This document shows positions 50,143-63,873 of a stretch of 64,000 bases of DNA, one piece after another. The stretch comes from Pseudogymnoascus verrucosus. Lineage: Eukaryota. Below the pieces are notes generated by a model. The model was not told the origin of the DNA. It saw only the letters and a list, made by a program, of their open reading frames with translations, and did not search any database. The stretch is taken from the NCBI GenBank assembly GCA_001662655.1, contig KV460207.1. The stretch is one strand, 5' to 3'. The translations under genes and the position numbers were made by a program. How positions within the stretch are numbered: position 1 is the stretch's first letter; each line of letters begins with the position of its first letter.

Positions 50143-50218
50143 CACGTGATCTCGGGATTCTGACGAACTACAGACCAAGAGTGATTATGTAATCCATGTG
50201 GTAAAAATGTACCACGTG
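50143..50218. promoter_or_regulatory. Two RTCACGTG (Cbf1-type bHLH) E-boxes between divergent noxR and uL13m
   Basis: ACCACGTGAT at 50141 and ACCACGTGAC at 50211. Confidence 0.4.
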
Positions 50219-50394
50219 ACCTCAGAAATTCTGACAGTGTCGACTCGTGAGCCTTGGCATTGGCATCTCGACTTTCAATTTACAGGCCGGCATCGTCGCA
50301 GCTTCACCACCACCTTAACGCCTGCCACCTGTGTCGTCACTCATTACCCCAATCACAAACGGGGGATCCATAGGCCAACGGGCCGTTCACAGCT

Positions 50395-51012
50395 ATGTCG
50401 CAAGTCAATGGCGTGGTGAGTAGCAGGCATCCCCTCTCCGCAGAATTTATTTTCTGACCCCCGATCGTGTAGACCAAGCTGGCGTATTCCCGGACATGGC
50501 ACCACATCTCAGCCTCGACTCCCCACTACGGCCTCACCACCATTAAACCTCTTCCTCCCGTCGATTCGCCTCTCCTCGAGCCGCCGACGCTTGGCCGCCT
50601 GGCGTCGCGGATAGCTACCATCCTCTGCGGAAAGCACAAGCCGATTTGGGACCCATCTACCGACTGTGGTGACTATGTGGTCGTCACGAACTGCTCGCAG
50701 CTGCGTGTCACGGGTAAGAAGATGTACCAAAAGCAATATTACCGCCACAACACCCGCCCTGGAAGTCTCAAGCAGATCAACATGGAGGGACTGATGGAGA
50801 AGTTTGGAGGAGCGGAGGTGCTGAGGAAAGCGGTTTCGGGGATGCTGCCGAAGAACAGGTTGAGGGACGACAGACTGGCGAGACTGAAGGCGTTTGAGGG
50901 GGACGCTCACCCATACAAGAGGAATATTGTTAAGTTTAATGGGGTGAGCAACGTGGCGAAGTGGCCGCCTGCAAGCAAAGTTGAGGCAAGCAAAATTGAG
51001 GCCTCCTCGTAG
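50395..51012 (+). CDS. MRPL23: Mitochondrial ribosomal protein uL13m
   Basis: MSQVNGV|TKLAYSRTWHH...LGRLASRIA..L.GKHKPIWDPSTDCGDYVVVTNC...AVSGMLPKNRLR. Intron 50416-50472. Confidence 0.93.
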
Positions 51013-51175
51013 GAGACTATGATTGGGAAGGAGATTAGGAGCGGGACTGTGGACACTGTATTTTGTATAGATATATTGTAAATTATGAAGGCACTGGGCG
51101 GCAGATGGTCACAAGAGGCCAAACTTCAAATGAAATAACACATTCAAAACACTGAACAAGAACGAACTCATAGGT

Positions 51176-51508
51176 CTACCCCAGCCCGGCCGGGGCGCCC
51201 TTCTTGCATGTTGACACCCCATTAATTGGCCCCTGGCAAGCGGTAAGAATCTCATTCTCAAGATCATCACCACACCTGAAAATAAAACCCTCATCGAAGA
51301 CAAAGTTGTTCCCAACTCTTGTGCAATCATCTATGCTCTCAGCTTCGAGGAAAGCAGCAAGGTCCGCGTCGTCGAACACCGTGCTCGTGCATGTCACAGT
51401 ATCCCCTGGTGTACCTTCGGCGGGCGCGAATTTCACACTGCCGCCGTCGCCGAGGACGCTGTGAAAGAGGCAGAGCCCAACCGAAATCGAATATAGAGAG
51501 AGACGCAT
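51176..51508 (-). CDS. Small secreted acidic Cys-containing protein (110 aa)
   Basis: Signal-like MRLSLYSISVGLCLFHSVLG. Five Cys in the mature part. TATA-like TATAAG(TATAAG) about 150 bp upstream. Confidence 0.6.
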   Translation of the reverse strand: MRLSLYSISVGLCLFHSVLGDGGSVKFAPAEGTPGDTVTCTSTVFDDADLAAFLEAESIDDCTRVGNNFVFDEGFIFRCGDDLENEILTACQGPINGVSTCKKGAPAGLG

Positions 51509-52202
51509 TGTCTGTGAGGATGGCGATGTGAGAGAGTGATGATCGATAGTTGTGCGAGGTGTTAAATGTGGACGGTTTGGGTGTAATAGGATTTTTTCGA
51601 TGGTGTCGTTCTGAATTATAATGGTTAACTGCCGTTCGAGGACCTTGGGTTTGCACCTTATACTTATAGCGATTTCACAATATTGCTTCTGCAAGCCTTA
51701 ATCAGTAGCTTAAGACCTGTCCTAGATTTGTGGTTGGAGGCCTGTATCACGCAGCCTAGTCCCACAAACCTGAGTCTGCTCCGGTGCTTGATGCATGATG
51801 ATATGCACGTTGTCACAAGTTGGCACTCACCTTCCAATATCAATCGGTGGTGGTTGCGCTGGTTAACTAGACTGTCTGTATTGAGCCATCACACACGATT
51901 AAACTGAGCTGGACTGCGACATGGCCATGAAGGTGGTCGAATACACGTCACCCAGCGTCTCGGAATAGAAGACTTTCTTGAACTTTGTTGAGACCGATTA
52001 TTATGGGAGAAAAATCAACGCTCAATATCTATCTCTTGTGCAAACCCCAGTGTGTGCCCAATGAGTGGTGAGAATGACCTAATTTGTACAAGAAGCGTAG
52101 CTAAAAACAGGAACTTGTGCGACATGAACATTTGCCCGTATATACCAAAGAAGAAACCCAAAAACATCCTCGCCAATATAATATGCAGCAACAACAACTC
52201 CT

Positions 52203-53224
52203 CTATAACTTGCCCTTCTCAAGCTTGTCCTTGCGCCCAACGGTGCACTTGATCAAGCCATTCGGGCCCGACTGAGGAGCGTAGACAGTGGTATCAGCCC
52301 CTGTGTTCTTAATACCCTTGTGGAAGCTCAGATCTAGAGAAAGTGTCAGTGATTCAATACGCTTACAAAGGGATAATAGGGTCCTTACCAATTTCGAAAT
52401 AATGCTTGTTGGGCAGCGAGTACTCGACAGTGTCAACATCTGGCACTGCCTTCAAGATATGCTCACACATCTTATACATGGTATTTTGCACAGACGGACT
52501 GTTCTCCTCCGCAAACAACTTCATCGTAATCTCACGTGCCGCAGCCCACGCCTTATCGAACTTTGGAACAGAGGCCCGCACCGATCTCAAAGACTCGAAG
52601 TTGTTCCACTTCCACGTGCTATCGATCTCGGTGGACAGAATCCTGTCCCAGACCTCAGGGAGAGTGGTGTACTCATCACGAACGAAGCCGTGGAATTGGG
52701 AGCCGGTGCTCTTCAGGACCAGCAGTCCGGAGATGCTGCTGCGAACTTCGATGCCCTTTCCTTCACGGGCGGTAACTTCAACATTCCTCGTCTCGTTTCC
52801 GTCACGGAAGAACGAGTGGGGGTGGGGCTTCCCATCCAGAGTCATACGGGTCCAGCGGTGGACGATGACTTTCACGTGAGCAGCATGGATATGCTTATAC
52901 GTGTCGACGAAGTGCGACGCGAGGATGCTGGCGTAGAGCTCAGGGGGAGTCACAGGGTTCTCCTTGGCCTTGATATAGATGGTGTTCTTGATTGAGTCCG
53001 TTGCAACGACAACACTGTTATCGGCGTCGGTATATCTGAAGGAGACGGTTAGACCAGTATAAGAGGTAAATTTTATGGGACACTTACGAGGGCTCGATAT
53101 CTCCTTCTAGCAGGGCACAAACGGTCATCTCGGTGACAGTTTGGACGCCGGATTTCTCATCGCGGTGGACTTTGTAAACGCGGACGTTATCCTTTCCATA
53201 ACGAGCCTCAACGATAGCGGCCAT
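52203..53224 (-). CDS. uaZ: Urate oxidase (uricase)
   Basis: ARYGKDNVRV, VVATDSIKNT, VLKSTGSQF.GF..DEYTTL.E..DRILST, SPSVQ.TMY and SLPNKHYF. Two introns. Ends in GKL. Confidence 0.97.
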
Positions 53225-53618
53225 TTTGATATATGTGATTTATTAAGATAACGGATAGTTGCCTCTTGTTATGCTTGGTTTTCAAGTTGAGCTAGGGGTA
53301 TGAGTAGATGGGATTAGAAGTTCTTATCGAAGGACGAGCGAGTCCGACCCTCTTTATATAGATCCGGAAGCAGCCAGGGACCTCCGTGGATAAGTGGTAT
53401 CTCGATATCACGGGTTGGAATCTAGGTATAGAAGCGGAGACGGACGACGGCTGAAGCGGCTTTGGGATTGAGATCAGACACGAATCGGGTGCCTAGACAA
53501 GGGTAAAGAGACGGGGATCAAGTAAATATTATGTATATCGATCATAAAGTAGCATAGAAAAACGTTTATGAGGCCATGTTGAGATCTCTTCCATGCCCGG
53601 CCGCCAGCTAGCGTGGGA

Positions 53619-53632
53619 TCGGAGTACGCCGA
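53619..53632. promoter_or_regulatory. UaY-type binding site TCGG-N6-CCGA upstream of uricase
   Basis: TCGGAGTACGCCGA, ~395 bp upstream of the ATG. GATAAG sites at 53323-53328 and 53389-53394. TATATAAA at 53353-53360. Confidence 0.75.
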
Positions 53633-54662
53633 TATGCTTGATACATCCTGTGTACAAGCCGATCGCCACACGGAGAGATCCAGTTGCCAGCGCAAAAAGC
53701 TCCGGGTGAGTAAGTACCGTGCCGTAGTCGTGTCGCCGAAATATCTAGTGAAATGGTCGCACTTAATAAAGCCAGTCCGTCTCTTCTGATGCTATTTGGA
53801 AATTGCTATATTACTTGGACTGGTTGTTATTGTGATTACTCATATATATTTTTAAAAAACTGCCAATAAAATAATAAAATAAACATTTATGTTCACCTAA
53901 AGCTGTAATTAGCATATTGTTAGCCCTTTGATAAGCCGGGCTATCTATGTTTAAACAAAAGAGAGGAATTATATCAGGTTCAGCTTCAATTTCAATATTA
54001 ATTTCTCATAGTCCTGGACATAATCCGTCGTTTCGACCTTTGGACGGCACGAGACCAGCACAGTATGCGTGGCATGAATACAAGGTATATATATGCCCTT
54101 AAAGAATCTCACGGGCGGCATAGAGAACCTATGTAATAACACTTTCATGTTCAATATGTAATGTAAGTAAGTTGAAGTTGGCGTAGGTTTGCTGTTTGTT
54201 CCATCCATCGAACATCAAGGATTCGGCCTGTACTACCTGCTCCAGATTTCCAGGGCTAAACGCGGGGGACAGCTGGACGGTAACGGTGCCACGCGCAACT
54301 CGCATACCCGCACGCCTTGCATTTTAGGCATCAAGTTTGGTGACACGGGCACGACTGGCAACAACGCCATTATCAGTTACCAATGTAAACGTTGACAATT
54401 AAGCTATATTCCAGCCCACTAAGTGGCATCACTCTCATTATCCAGCTAGAACTTACACATCTATACATATTTGCTCCCAAGTTCTGGAATCCACCGTCTC
54501 TTATCCATCAATAGCAACAACCAGCGTCTCTGACTGGGTCCATCCGAACCTCGAATTGCTTCGGGGAGCGCCTCACAACGGCTAATCAACAGCCATCGAA
54601 TACACCTCAAATGCGATATTCTCTCGCCAGGTAGAGAGACGGACGAGCAAGCCCATGGGGTA

Positions 54663-57600
54663 ATGGTTGGCCCACCGAGCACCCTGGGCTCGTCCGCGAC
54701 GCCGACTCAGAAGACACTCCAAAGCCAGCAGTCGACACCTTACCTCGTGGCCCAGTCGCGGACGAGCTTGGATCGGGATGGCTCACAACACCCACGGTCC
54801 CATAGCGGGACCCAGGTTCTCTCCTCTTCAGCCATGTCTTATGGGCCTCGAGGCTCCTCCTTGGCACCCCTTGCCGCGCCCGGGAGCTTCAGTTCAGAAC
54901 TGCGGAGCCAAGCTGTGTCATCGAGGGCGAGTTCGAAGGCGGAGATGGGCTCTACCATAGGCCTGGAAAGACTCGAAGAAGACGTGACTCATATGTCGGA
55001 GCAAATGATTTCCGTATTGAGGGAGAACCTCAATCGAGAGATGAAGATCAAGGAAGGCAGTGAGAATATGCTCGAAGCTCTCAACACCAAGAAGGCAAAA
55101 CAAACCAAGGAACAACGGACACGTGTTGAGGCGGAGCTCAATTCCTCCAACAAGCGCATTAAGGACTTGTTATCTCAAATCTCGGAGCTTCAGCAAAAGC
55201 CACAATCGCAGGCACCATCTACCCCAACGCGAACTCGCATGGCTGGGCTGTTCCACAGCACTGGATTGAGGTCTCCCGCAAGTCTAGCAAAGAGCGGCGC
55301 CACCGATTCGAATGACGACGAACCTTCCGAGTCTCCAACATATGTCCTTGCTGAAATTCTGCAAGCCTTGGAAGTGGAGGGCCTGGCGCCAGACTACTAT
55401 GTTGGCCATGCGAATAATCTGGTCGAGCTTTTCAAGCGTCATCCAACGTTGAAATATGATTTGGTGTGGTCAATATTCGGCCTTCGAATGCAGGTCATGC
55501 TTCTTAGTGAGAGCAGAGAAGTTGTTGCTGCTGGATATCGCATGACGCGCCACGCAATCTCTGACCTGAATTCTTTGCAAAAGATCAGGAGCCTAAATAC
55601 AGACTACCTTGTCGTACTCTCTCTTATCAAGGAAAGGAAAGCTGATGTCGAGCGTGAGCAGGCGCTCAAGTTTGTACGCGCATTTCTTGAAGTTAAGGAT
55701 GGAGTACACGAAATTTCAAGGGCTATCGTTCGGACAATTGCCTCTGTTGCAGAGCATAGTGAAGATCGGCTGAAAGCGATATGCATTGAGACATTGGCAG
55801 AAATCATGATCAAAGATCCAGCACTCCTAGTTGCGGCTGGTGGGTTGCGACCCCTTACTGATGCTCTTGGTGAAGGCGGCTATGAAGCCTGCGAGGGGCT
55901 TATTGCCGCATTTCTCTACTTGCTTGATGCTCCACAGCGGCGGAAATATCTTCGTTCCGGCTTTGAACTCGAGGTTCTGTTCACTACTTTTACCGATTCA
56001 TTATTCACCCGAGAAAAGTTACTGAAGCAGAATGCCAAAGCTATCTCATCTGCGATGAAGTCATGGCCTGGCCTGTTAACGCTATCAATGTACGACTTCC
56101 GGGCTATCAAATCTTTAATATCTTCATTGATGTTACCCCACCAAGCCATTCGCGAGACAGTTGTAGACCTCTTGTTCAGTCTGCTTCGAATAAAATCTCC
56201 CTCGTGGTCTTCCTCATTTCTGGCTGGTCGGCGTTTGACAACATACGGGCGCGTGGCCAACTTGAAAACTCAGCCGACTAAAGCCACCTCGTCCTTCGCA
56301 GTCGAAGATGAAAGTGCTGAGAAGAATCTCACTGACCACTACACTGCTCTACTTCTTGCCGTTTTGATAAAATCGGATATGATACCTGGGTTGCTTCAAA
56401 TCACCAGCGAGCCGGATAATCCGACATTGAAACGCAGAGCTACTTTGCTTCTCGGGGAAGTTTTGAAACTCGCAAACAAGCTACTCCCACCCGCTTGGAG
56501 TAACGATTTACAGTTGCTACCTGCGCTCTTCGCAGACGCATCCCGCTTCGGTACAGAGGAGAGATATATTGCAACAGGAACTGTTTATCAAATGGATAGC
56601 GTTAATCGTACTCTCGACAGATCAGCGCCTACGAGCAACAACTCTATTGCAAATATCGTAAAGAATTCTAGCACCGACAGCCTCGACGAACCGCAGAAGA
56701 GCGTCCCCGGCCAAACCTTTGATGAAACTTCTTTCCGACAAGTGCTTGTGGACACGCAGGTACTGAACAGCACCAACTATATAAAATGGAAATGGGATCT
56801 TATCCTCAAAGTCATCGAAGGGCCGTTAGTCAGTGGCAAGCGCCTGGACGAAGCTATCAAAGCGTCTAAGTTTATTAAGCGGATTGTTAGCTTCTACCGA
56901 CCGTTTAAATACAGGTTTGCCGCTGTACGAAATACTGGACCAAACCAAAAATACATCAAGGTGGGATGTGCTCTGATAAAGACGCTACTTCAGTCACCAG
57001 AGGGTGTAAAGTACCTTGCTGAAAATAAGCTATTGCGGCAAATTGCCGAGTGCCTGGCTCAATGTGATCCGGTATGTTATTTGATAGCTTCCTGATTACG
57101 TCTATGAGATACTAATCCATTGCAGGCAAGCGGTATAACAGCACAATCCCCGATGTTCTCCCAGTTTTGGCTGTCTGAGACGCTCCGAAGCGGCTATTTT
57201 GCAATGATAGGGGTATTGAGCGCGGACCAGAAAGGCTTGCAAATGATGGACCGCTGGCGGATGATCAACATGATGTATCATATCTTGGACCTAAAGCAAC
57301 GGCCAGATTTGATCAAGCTTTTACTCTCAAACTTTGATTACTCTTTACATGGGCATCCAAGAGTTCTGCTGTCCAAAGCTCTGACGGGTGGGACCAAAGA
57401 CATCCGCATTTTTGCAACTAACGTCCTTCGAAAGTATTCAACTCGATCACGGTCGAAAACTCATGGTGCTTTGGGGGTGAGCGACTCCAAATGGGCCATC
57501 CAACTCCTTGTTACTCAACTTTACGACCCCGAAATAGAAGTTTGTGCCACAGCAATCAAGATACTTGAGGAGGCTTGCAACCGCAAAAGTTACTTGGAAT

Positions 57601-58736
57601 ATATTGTCGAGTGTCGCCCGGCCCTTGACCATCTCGGCGAGATCGGTGCACCTCTTCTATTACGATTCCTATCATCCTCGATAGGATACCATTACCTAGA
57701 TGGCCTCGACTATATCAGCAATGAAATGGATGACTGGTTTCTGGGCCGCAATGATGCCTACGTTGCCGTAATAGAGGCGGTACTGACACGCGCTTTTGCG
57801 GAACCCCAAGAAGAGGCGACGGGAAGGGTGAGTCTCGATGAGGATCTATTCGAACCCGACCGCTTTGAAAACGATTCCCGCGTGCCTCCCCATTTCTACA
57901 AGGAGCTTGCGAGGACCAAAGAAGGCTGCAAGCTTCTGAGCGATAAAGGCCACTTTGATGAGTTTTCCGCAACTATTCGCGACTCCGGCATGCAAACAGA
58001 GGATCCAGAGATCATGCTCAAAGTCAAAGGCTGCCTCTGGGCTGTTGGAAACGTTGGCTCTATGGAACTTGGAGCACCATTCCTAGAAGAATCGGACGTT
58101 GTTGAGAATATAGTGAAAATGGCCGAAAACCATCAGATCATGAGCATGCGAGGAACTGCATTCTTTGTGCTGGGACTCATATCACGCAGTGTCTATGGCC
58201 TCGAGATATTGTCGGAGTTGGGTTGGGATAGCAACACCACGAGCATGGGCGAGTCGCTCGGATTGTGTATTCCTTCCAACCTACGAAAATTGTTCTCGTT
58301 CGCTCCATGGGAGCACATGAAACCATCCGATATAACCCTAGGCGATACGCAAATGGTTTTAGGGGACGAATCCAGAAAGGAAACTGATCCCATCAATAAG
58401 CGTATATTGCAGCTAATTGTCGATTTGGGTAACACGGTTCTCACAAAGAAGGCAATCAACGAACTGATGCACATCAAGCAACGAAAAGCCCCCGGGTTCA
58501 AACAGCCGGAGCTCTTCAGGAAAATCATGACAATCCTTGAGTGCCACCACTTCCGATTGCCAATCCGGAGGTTTGTGGTGGATTTGTTTGATAGAAGCGT
58601 CATGAGACGGATAGTCCTCGACGAGGAAAGTAGTGACGACGACGAAGAAGACATGGATAGCAGCGATGAAAGCGAAGCAGGCACAGAGCGCCAACGGAGT
58701 ATCAGCGTCCCGACAGTACCGGCGAGACTTCGATGA
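54663..58736 (+). CDS. RICTOR: TORC2 subunit Rictor (Ste20/Avo3)
   Basis: HR1 domain (LNREMKIKEGSENML), EREQALKFVRAFL, FYRPFKYRF, PPHFYKEL.RT.EG and MRGTAFFVLGLIS. Intron 57072-57125. Confidence 0.95.
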
Positions 58737-59232
58737 TTAGAAACGACCCCCAGTTACACACTATATGGCGTATTTGAAGGATTTTTTTTTGCATTTCAAG
58801 GGCTGGATGGATGATTTGCGGGTGTTCATGTACGATAGGGTCTACGGAGGCGTTTTGGTTCGCTCATCACAGGATAGTGCCACGTTTTAGGGCCAAATCT
58901 ATGTATAGCAGGTTATTGTAATGAGCAACGAGTTAAATACCAAGCTCAATTGTCCATACAGTGCTGACTTGAAAATGGTGGGCTTCTAAGGGATGGCTAA
59001 ATCCAAAAGTGCTCGCTCTGTTCACGAGCCACACTCAGGAGGAGAATGTCATTCAGATATGATCAGTAAGACTACTATCACGGACATTTAAGTGCAGGTC
59101 ACGGTGGCTGCAAGTAATATAAGTATCTTAAGTCATTCTTGTAAAGCTTTTCTTGCAATAGCACTGATATTATGTAACGCCCATGAATTGCCACAGCCCC
59201 ATAACCAGCCCAATGCACGCATACCCCTAAAC

Positions 59233-61941
59233 TTACGCTCGGACTGCCGCACCAAGGGCGCCACCGGTGAACCTGGTCCCACCCTCCTGTCTCTGGGTAT
59301 TCGGTCCGCCTCCACGTCCGCCACCACGGCCACCTCTCTGTCCTCCCCTGCCACCACCACGTCCGCCCCTGCCGCCTTGGCGCTCAAAGGCGTTTGCGGT
59401 GCCCTGTGTTCTAGTCTCCAGGGTCCTCTCATTGCTCTCAATGAGACCGCTGGCCTTGTCGCTCAGAGTCAGAGCCAAGCTCTGGAGTCTGCTCAACTCA
59501 ACACCCTTCCTGAAGATGATGGAAGAGTTGACCTGGTCAAGAGCAGCGGCGAGCTCCTCGTGGCTGATCATCTTGCTGACGATGGCGGCAACCTTGCGGT
59601 TAGACAACTCGAACATGGACGACAGAGTGGCAACAGATAAGGTGTCATAGAAAGGAGCGTATGTGAAGAGATATGTGCGAAGACCCTCTTCTTGGATTTG
59701 CTCAGAAAGCATGGTCTTGATGGCATCCGGTTTCGACATCAACTCCCAAATCTTGATGGAGTGGATGAACTCAGTAGCCTTCTGCCACTCGCCTGCTGCA
59801 AGAGCCTTCGACGCCTGCATGACGTGGTCACGGGTGTTCTCCGGTGGCCCAGTGAAGATTTGGCGCTCATGGTATTCGAGCATACGGCGGTATGTCTTGC
59901 TGATAACACGCTTCTTGATATCCGGGGACGACCCAGTTTGTGCCAGGAGAGGAATCTCGAGCAGCATGCTGCAAGTAAGGTACACACATTCGAGGAGCTC
60001 GAGGTTGATGTGCATGTGGAATGGCAGCTGGCGCTGGCGCTCAAGGCGCTCCTGCTCGGGGGAAACTTGGTTGTAACGTTGGATCATAACACCCTGAGCG
60101 AGCAACTCCTTTTGGCGTCCGCTACCGCAGATTTCCTGGAGTGTGTTCTGTGCCTCATACACGAGTCCAGCACGGAACGCGCAGAGACCAACTTGGACGA
60201 GGGTCCTGTTGAACAGGATTTGGCTGTTGACGTCGAAGTTGCTGATCGTCTCTTGTAAATGCGACATCAACATCATATCGCGAGCCTTATAGTAGTTATC
60301 GTGCAGTGCCAAGAAGTAAATCTGGCAAAGCATAGCGCGAGCGCGGATGATACCTTCGCTGTGAATGAAGAGGTAGTTGCAGAGAACATTGACAAGAGCG
60401 GTGGCATCGGGGGTTTGGGTTTGCGGGGTAATCGCCGACTTTAGAGATGCCGGGATTGACTTCCAGCAGTTCTCTTCCAAAATCTTGACGACGGTAGCGG
60501 GCTGGAAAAACACGTTAGCACGTTGAGCAGTATGTCGATGTCTGGGTATCACTAACCTTGAAGTATACATGCTCCAGTCTTCGCATGATAATCCTGTTTG
60601 TATTATCTTGCGGGATCTCTAAGGTAGCATCTTTTGTCATCACCTCAACATATAATTGAGTCCTGACGATGCTGTTATAGAGAGAGCCTTCGTCCGAGAG
60701 CCTGTCGATGTACTCTGCGGTGTGAGGATCGATATGCTGTAAGGATCGGGTGAGCTCGTCGTCTAGCCTTTCAATATAAGACACCACACTGCCTGGGATC
60801 TTCAGCTTCTCGCCAGCAACTGGGACCGGCTGTTTCTCGTCATCCTCCCACTCCTCAGCGTTCTCCACGACCACAAGATCGAGGTTTGACTCCAGAATTG
60901 TAAGAAGGGCTCCGAACTCCTGCTCAGCGGCCTTCCATTGCTCCTGCGACATGAAGGTCTGTGCACCAGTCGATAGATCGAAACGAGTCGAAATCAAGGT
61001 AAGAAGGACGCGGATTTTCTGGTACGGTGTTGTGGCGACTTCGTAAAGCTTCTCCATGATCTTGATCTGTTCTGTGCGGTCGGTGTTCTTCTTTCCTCTG
61101 GACTCCATGATGCTTCGCAGATGCTTCAAGATGCTCTCGGGTGTGAATTGTAAGGTGCGGCCGCCCTTTCCAACGGTATGGAACCCATCGTCTGCTCCTG
61201 GCTCCTCATCTAATGCGAAGCTGACAGCAGCCTTTCCGGGCTTCTTAACGACCACCACCTCTTCCTCCTCCTCCGACTCCATGAAGGCATCCTTGTCGGC
61301 TCTGTAAGCATCGACATCCTTTTGGTAGTCCTTGTTGTTCTTCTTGATACGTTGCTTGACCGCGTTGAGACCACGGGCATTTGTGGCGTTCATCTTCTTC
61401 GCAGTAACCTTCTGCTTCGCGATCGTCTCGTTCATGAAGTCCTCGAGCTCGGCAATGGCCTTAATGTACAGCTTGGGCATGCTTCCGGATTGAAGAAGCT
61501 TGACAACCTGGCGGTTGATCTTATCGAACTCTAAAGTACAAATATGATCAGCAAACGCGAACTTTTATAGCCGTAATAATTTAACATACCTGCGGAGATA
61601 GAACCCCAGTCGTTGATCTTCTTTCCGTTCTCGATGGCCTTAGATGTCGCCTCCAGCTCCTCCAAACGCTTGTCTTTGGCGCTCTTCACAACGTGGACTT
61701 GCTCGTCGTCGGTGCTCTCGTCCTCATCAGATCCGGCACCACGGAAGAAGGCCATGGCACCGGTCTTCTTGCCGCCGGCCTTCTCATCCTCGGATTCGCT
61801 CTCCTCCTCATCTTCTTTTTCGGAGCCGGACTCGGACGCCTCTTGCTCCTCCTCTTCCGATTCAGAGTAGAGCTCCTCCTCTTCCTCGGAGCTGCTCTCG
61901 CTGGAGGTGTCGTCTCCGGTACGGAAGAATTTTGAACTCAT
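59233..61941 (-). CDS. NIP1: Translation initiation factor eIF3 subunit c
   Basis: MSSKFF plus acidic tract, [47 protein letters not shown] and PCI domain. Two introns. Confidence 0.96.
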
Positions 61942-62367
61942 CTTGTTGAGTACAAGGGCGCTTCCTTTGACGTTGTAGGTACGTAGATGCAGAGCGCGCA
62001 CAGATGTCGTCGCGGTTTTGAGAGTAAGAAATTGAGGTTGGGTCCCCGCGCTAATTTTTATGGAAGCGAGAGATCTTTCCATGCCCTAAGGCATCCATTC
62101 ATTGGCGGGGTGGGGAGATCGGATTTAGCGCGAGGCGAATGGGTAAGATATTGGCACCGCAAACTGAAAACCATAGTTGGGTTTATATTTAGTTGGGAGA
62201 TGACTGGCTCAAAAATGATTCATGATTTGCGCATGCTATAGTATTACTCATGCTAAGTAATGACTGGCAATTATACAGTGCATAAACCATTAGGACAGGC
62301 GCTGAGTTGAGTGCCACTAAATCCTCATTCTGCTCCTACCCCCACCAGATGATAACCCCATCTACGA

Positions 62368-63735
62368 TCATTCCCTCATAGTATTCATTAATATCGTCTT
62401 CATCATTTCGTTACCGACCTTTGTAGCATCAGCAAACCTAGGCTCAAAGAATTTCCTGGTGCTTTCGAATCGGTCCTTGTATGACTCAAAATCTCCAAAG
62501 GTCACACAGTCAGACCACCCACGTGCAGCAAATGTAAATTCGAGGTCGTCGGATCTGAATGTGTTGTCCTCAATAGCAATTCGAATAACATCGTCTAGTA
62601 ATGCGGGCTTGCGAAATAGATATTCGGTGACACCCAGCCATAGCCGGAACAGGGGAGTAGAACAGATCATATGATCGTATGGGACGATACCCATCCTCGA
62701 CCAGCAGTCAACCATGGCCAGAAGACTAAGATGGTTATTTGGGGTCGGTTCGTCCGGTTTCTTCCCAAGTGAGAACCTATCAAGGACTTCGTCTTCGAGG
62801 AGGATCCCGTGATGCGACTTCTGTGCATCGAAAACAGCAGCGCCAGCAGCTCTGATACGCCTTTCAAATTCTTCCCTGTTCCCTCCCAGCATCAGCTTGA
62901 ACAAATCAGTGACGGACTGAGAATATTGGCGTATTTGTTCTTTGGCATATGGGTTCAGTATTGCTAGTCCTGCGTACACGTGCCATTTTTGCGAATAGAT
63001 ACGGAGAGTCAAGTTGATCTTGACATTTTCGATGCCTCCAACGTAACGCGCGATTTCCCATGGAAACTGGGCGTTAGCATGCCATGCTTTCCCCATGGAC
63101 AGGAATGCAGCGTGAGTCACTGCTTGCGTGTCTGCGGTGATGCGGTCATGTTCTGTAGCACTGAGATATACATGCTGCGAGCCAAGACAAGAAAGGACTT
63201 TCTCGACTCGGTCGAAATTGGCCTGAGAGGCACGATGTTTTATCAAGACCTATATCATCATCAGCATACGCAACGATGGCTTCTCGCATTGTGCAACTAA
63301 CCAACGGCTGGCCCTTGGGATCAACATTAGGTCCGTGCAAAGAATGGCAAGAGACGATATCAACGTCTTTTGGCAGGTGGGCCTCGAACGCCGCAATCTC
63401 CGGGGATTTACAAGAAGTCTGTCCACCAACAATAGCGCCTTGTTTTGTTGCTATATAATGTTAGCCTCACGAGTCCCCTGTCGAATCAATCACGGCAAAG
63501 AGACACATACATGGCCCATACAGTGCCACAACTTTGTCAATGGAGGCGGCCTCAACATTGTAAATGATATAATCGCTCGCTCTCGAGACCAAGTGGCCGT
63601 TGGGTAGTATCTCAACTTGTTTCTATTGGGTACTCAGCACGATGTGCAAGAATTCTATGTACAGATATATATACTCTACTGGAGAATTCATCCACTAGAT
63701 CCAGATATTTTTCTTCTCTATCACAAGCATTGACT
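62368..63735 (-). CDS. TYR1: Prephenate dehydrogenase (first exon(s) beyond window end)
   Basis: RVNACDREEK, NGHLVSRASDYIIYNVEA, GAIVGGQTSCK.PEI, SCHSLHGP, EHDRITADTQAVTHAAFLSMG and KWHVYAGLAI. The N-terminal GxGxxG Rossmann exon is not in the window. Confidence 0.93.
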
Positions 63736-63873
63736 CTGCAATGGCCTTGTTAGTACTGTTTACCCCAAACTCACGAAGTGTTCGGCATTATATGCGAAGT
63801 TGTGCCTGATGCTGATATACTGTTAGCTTGAGTCCTTCCATGTGAAATAGAGAAACAAGTGTTCAATAAGTTG

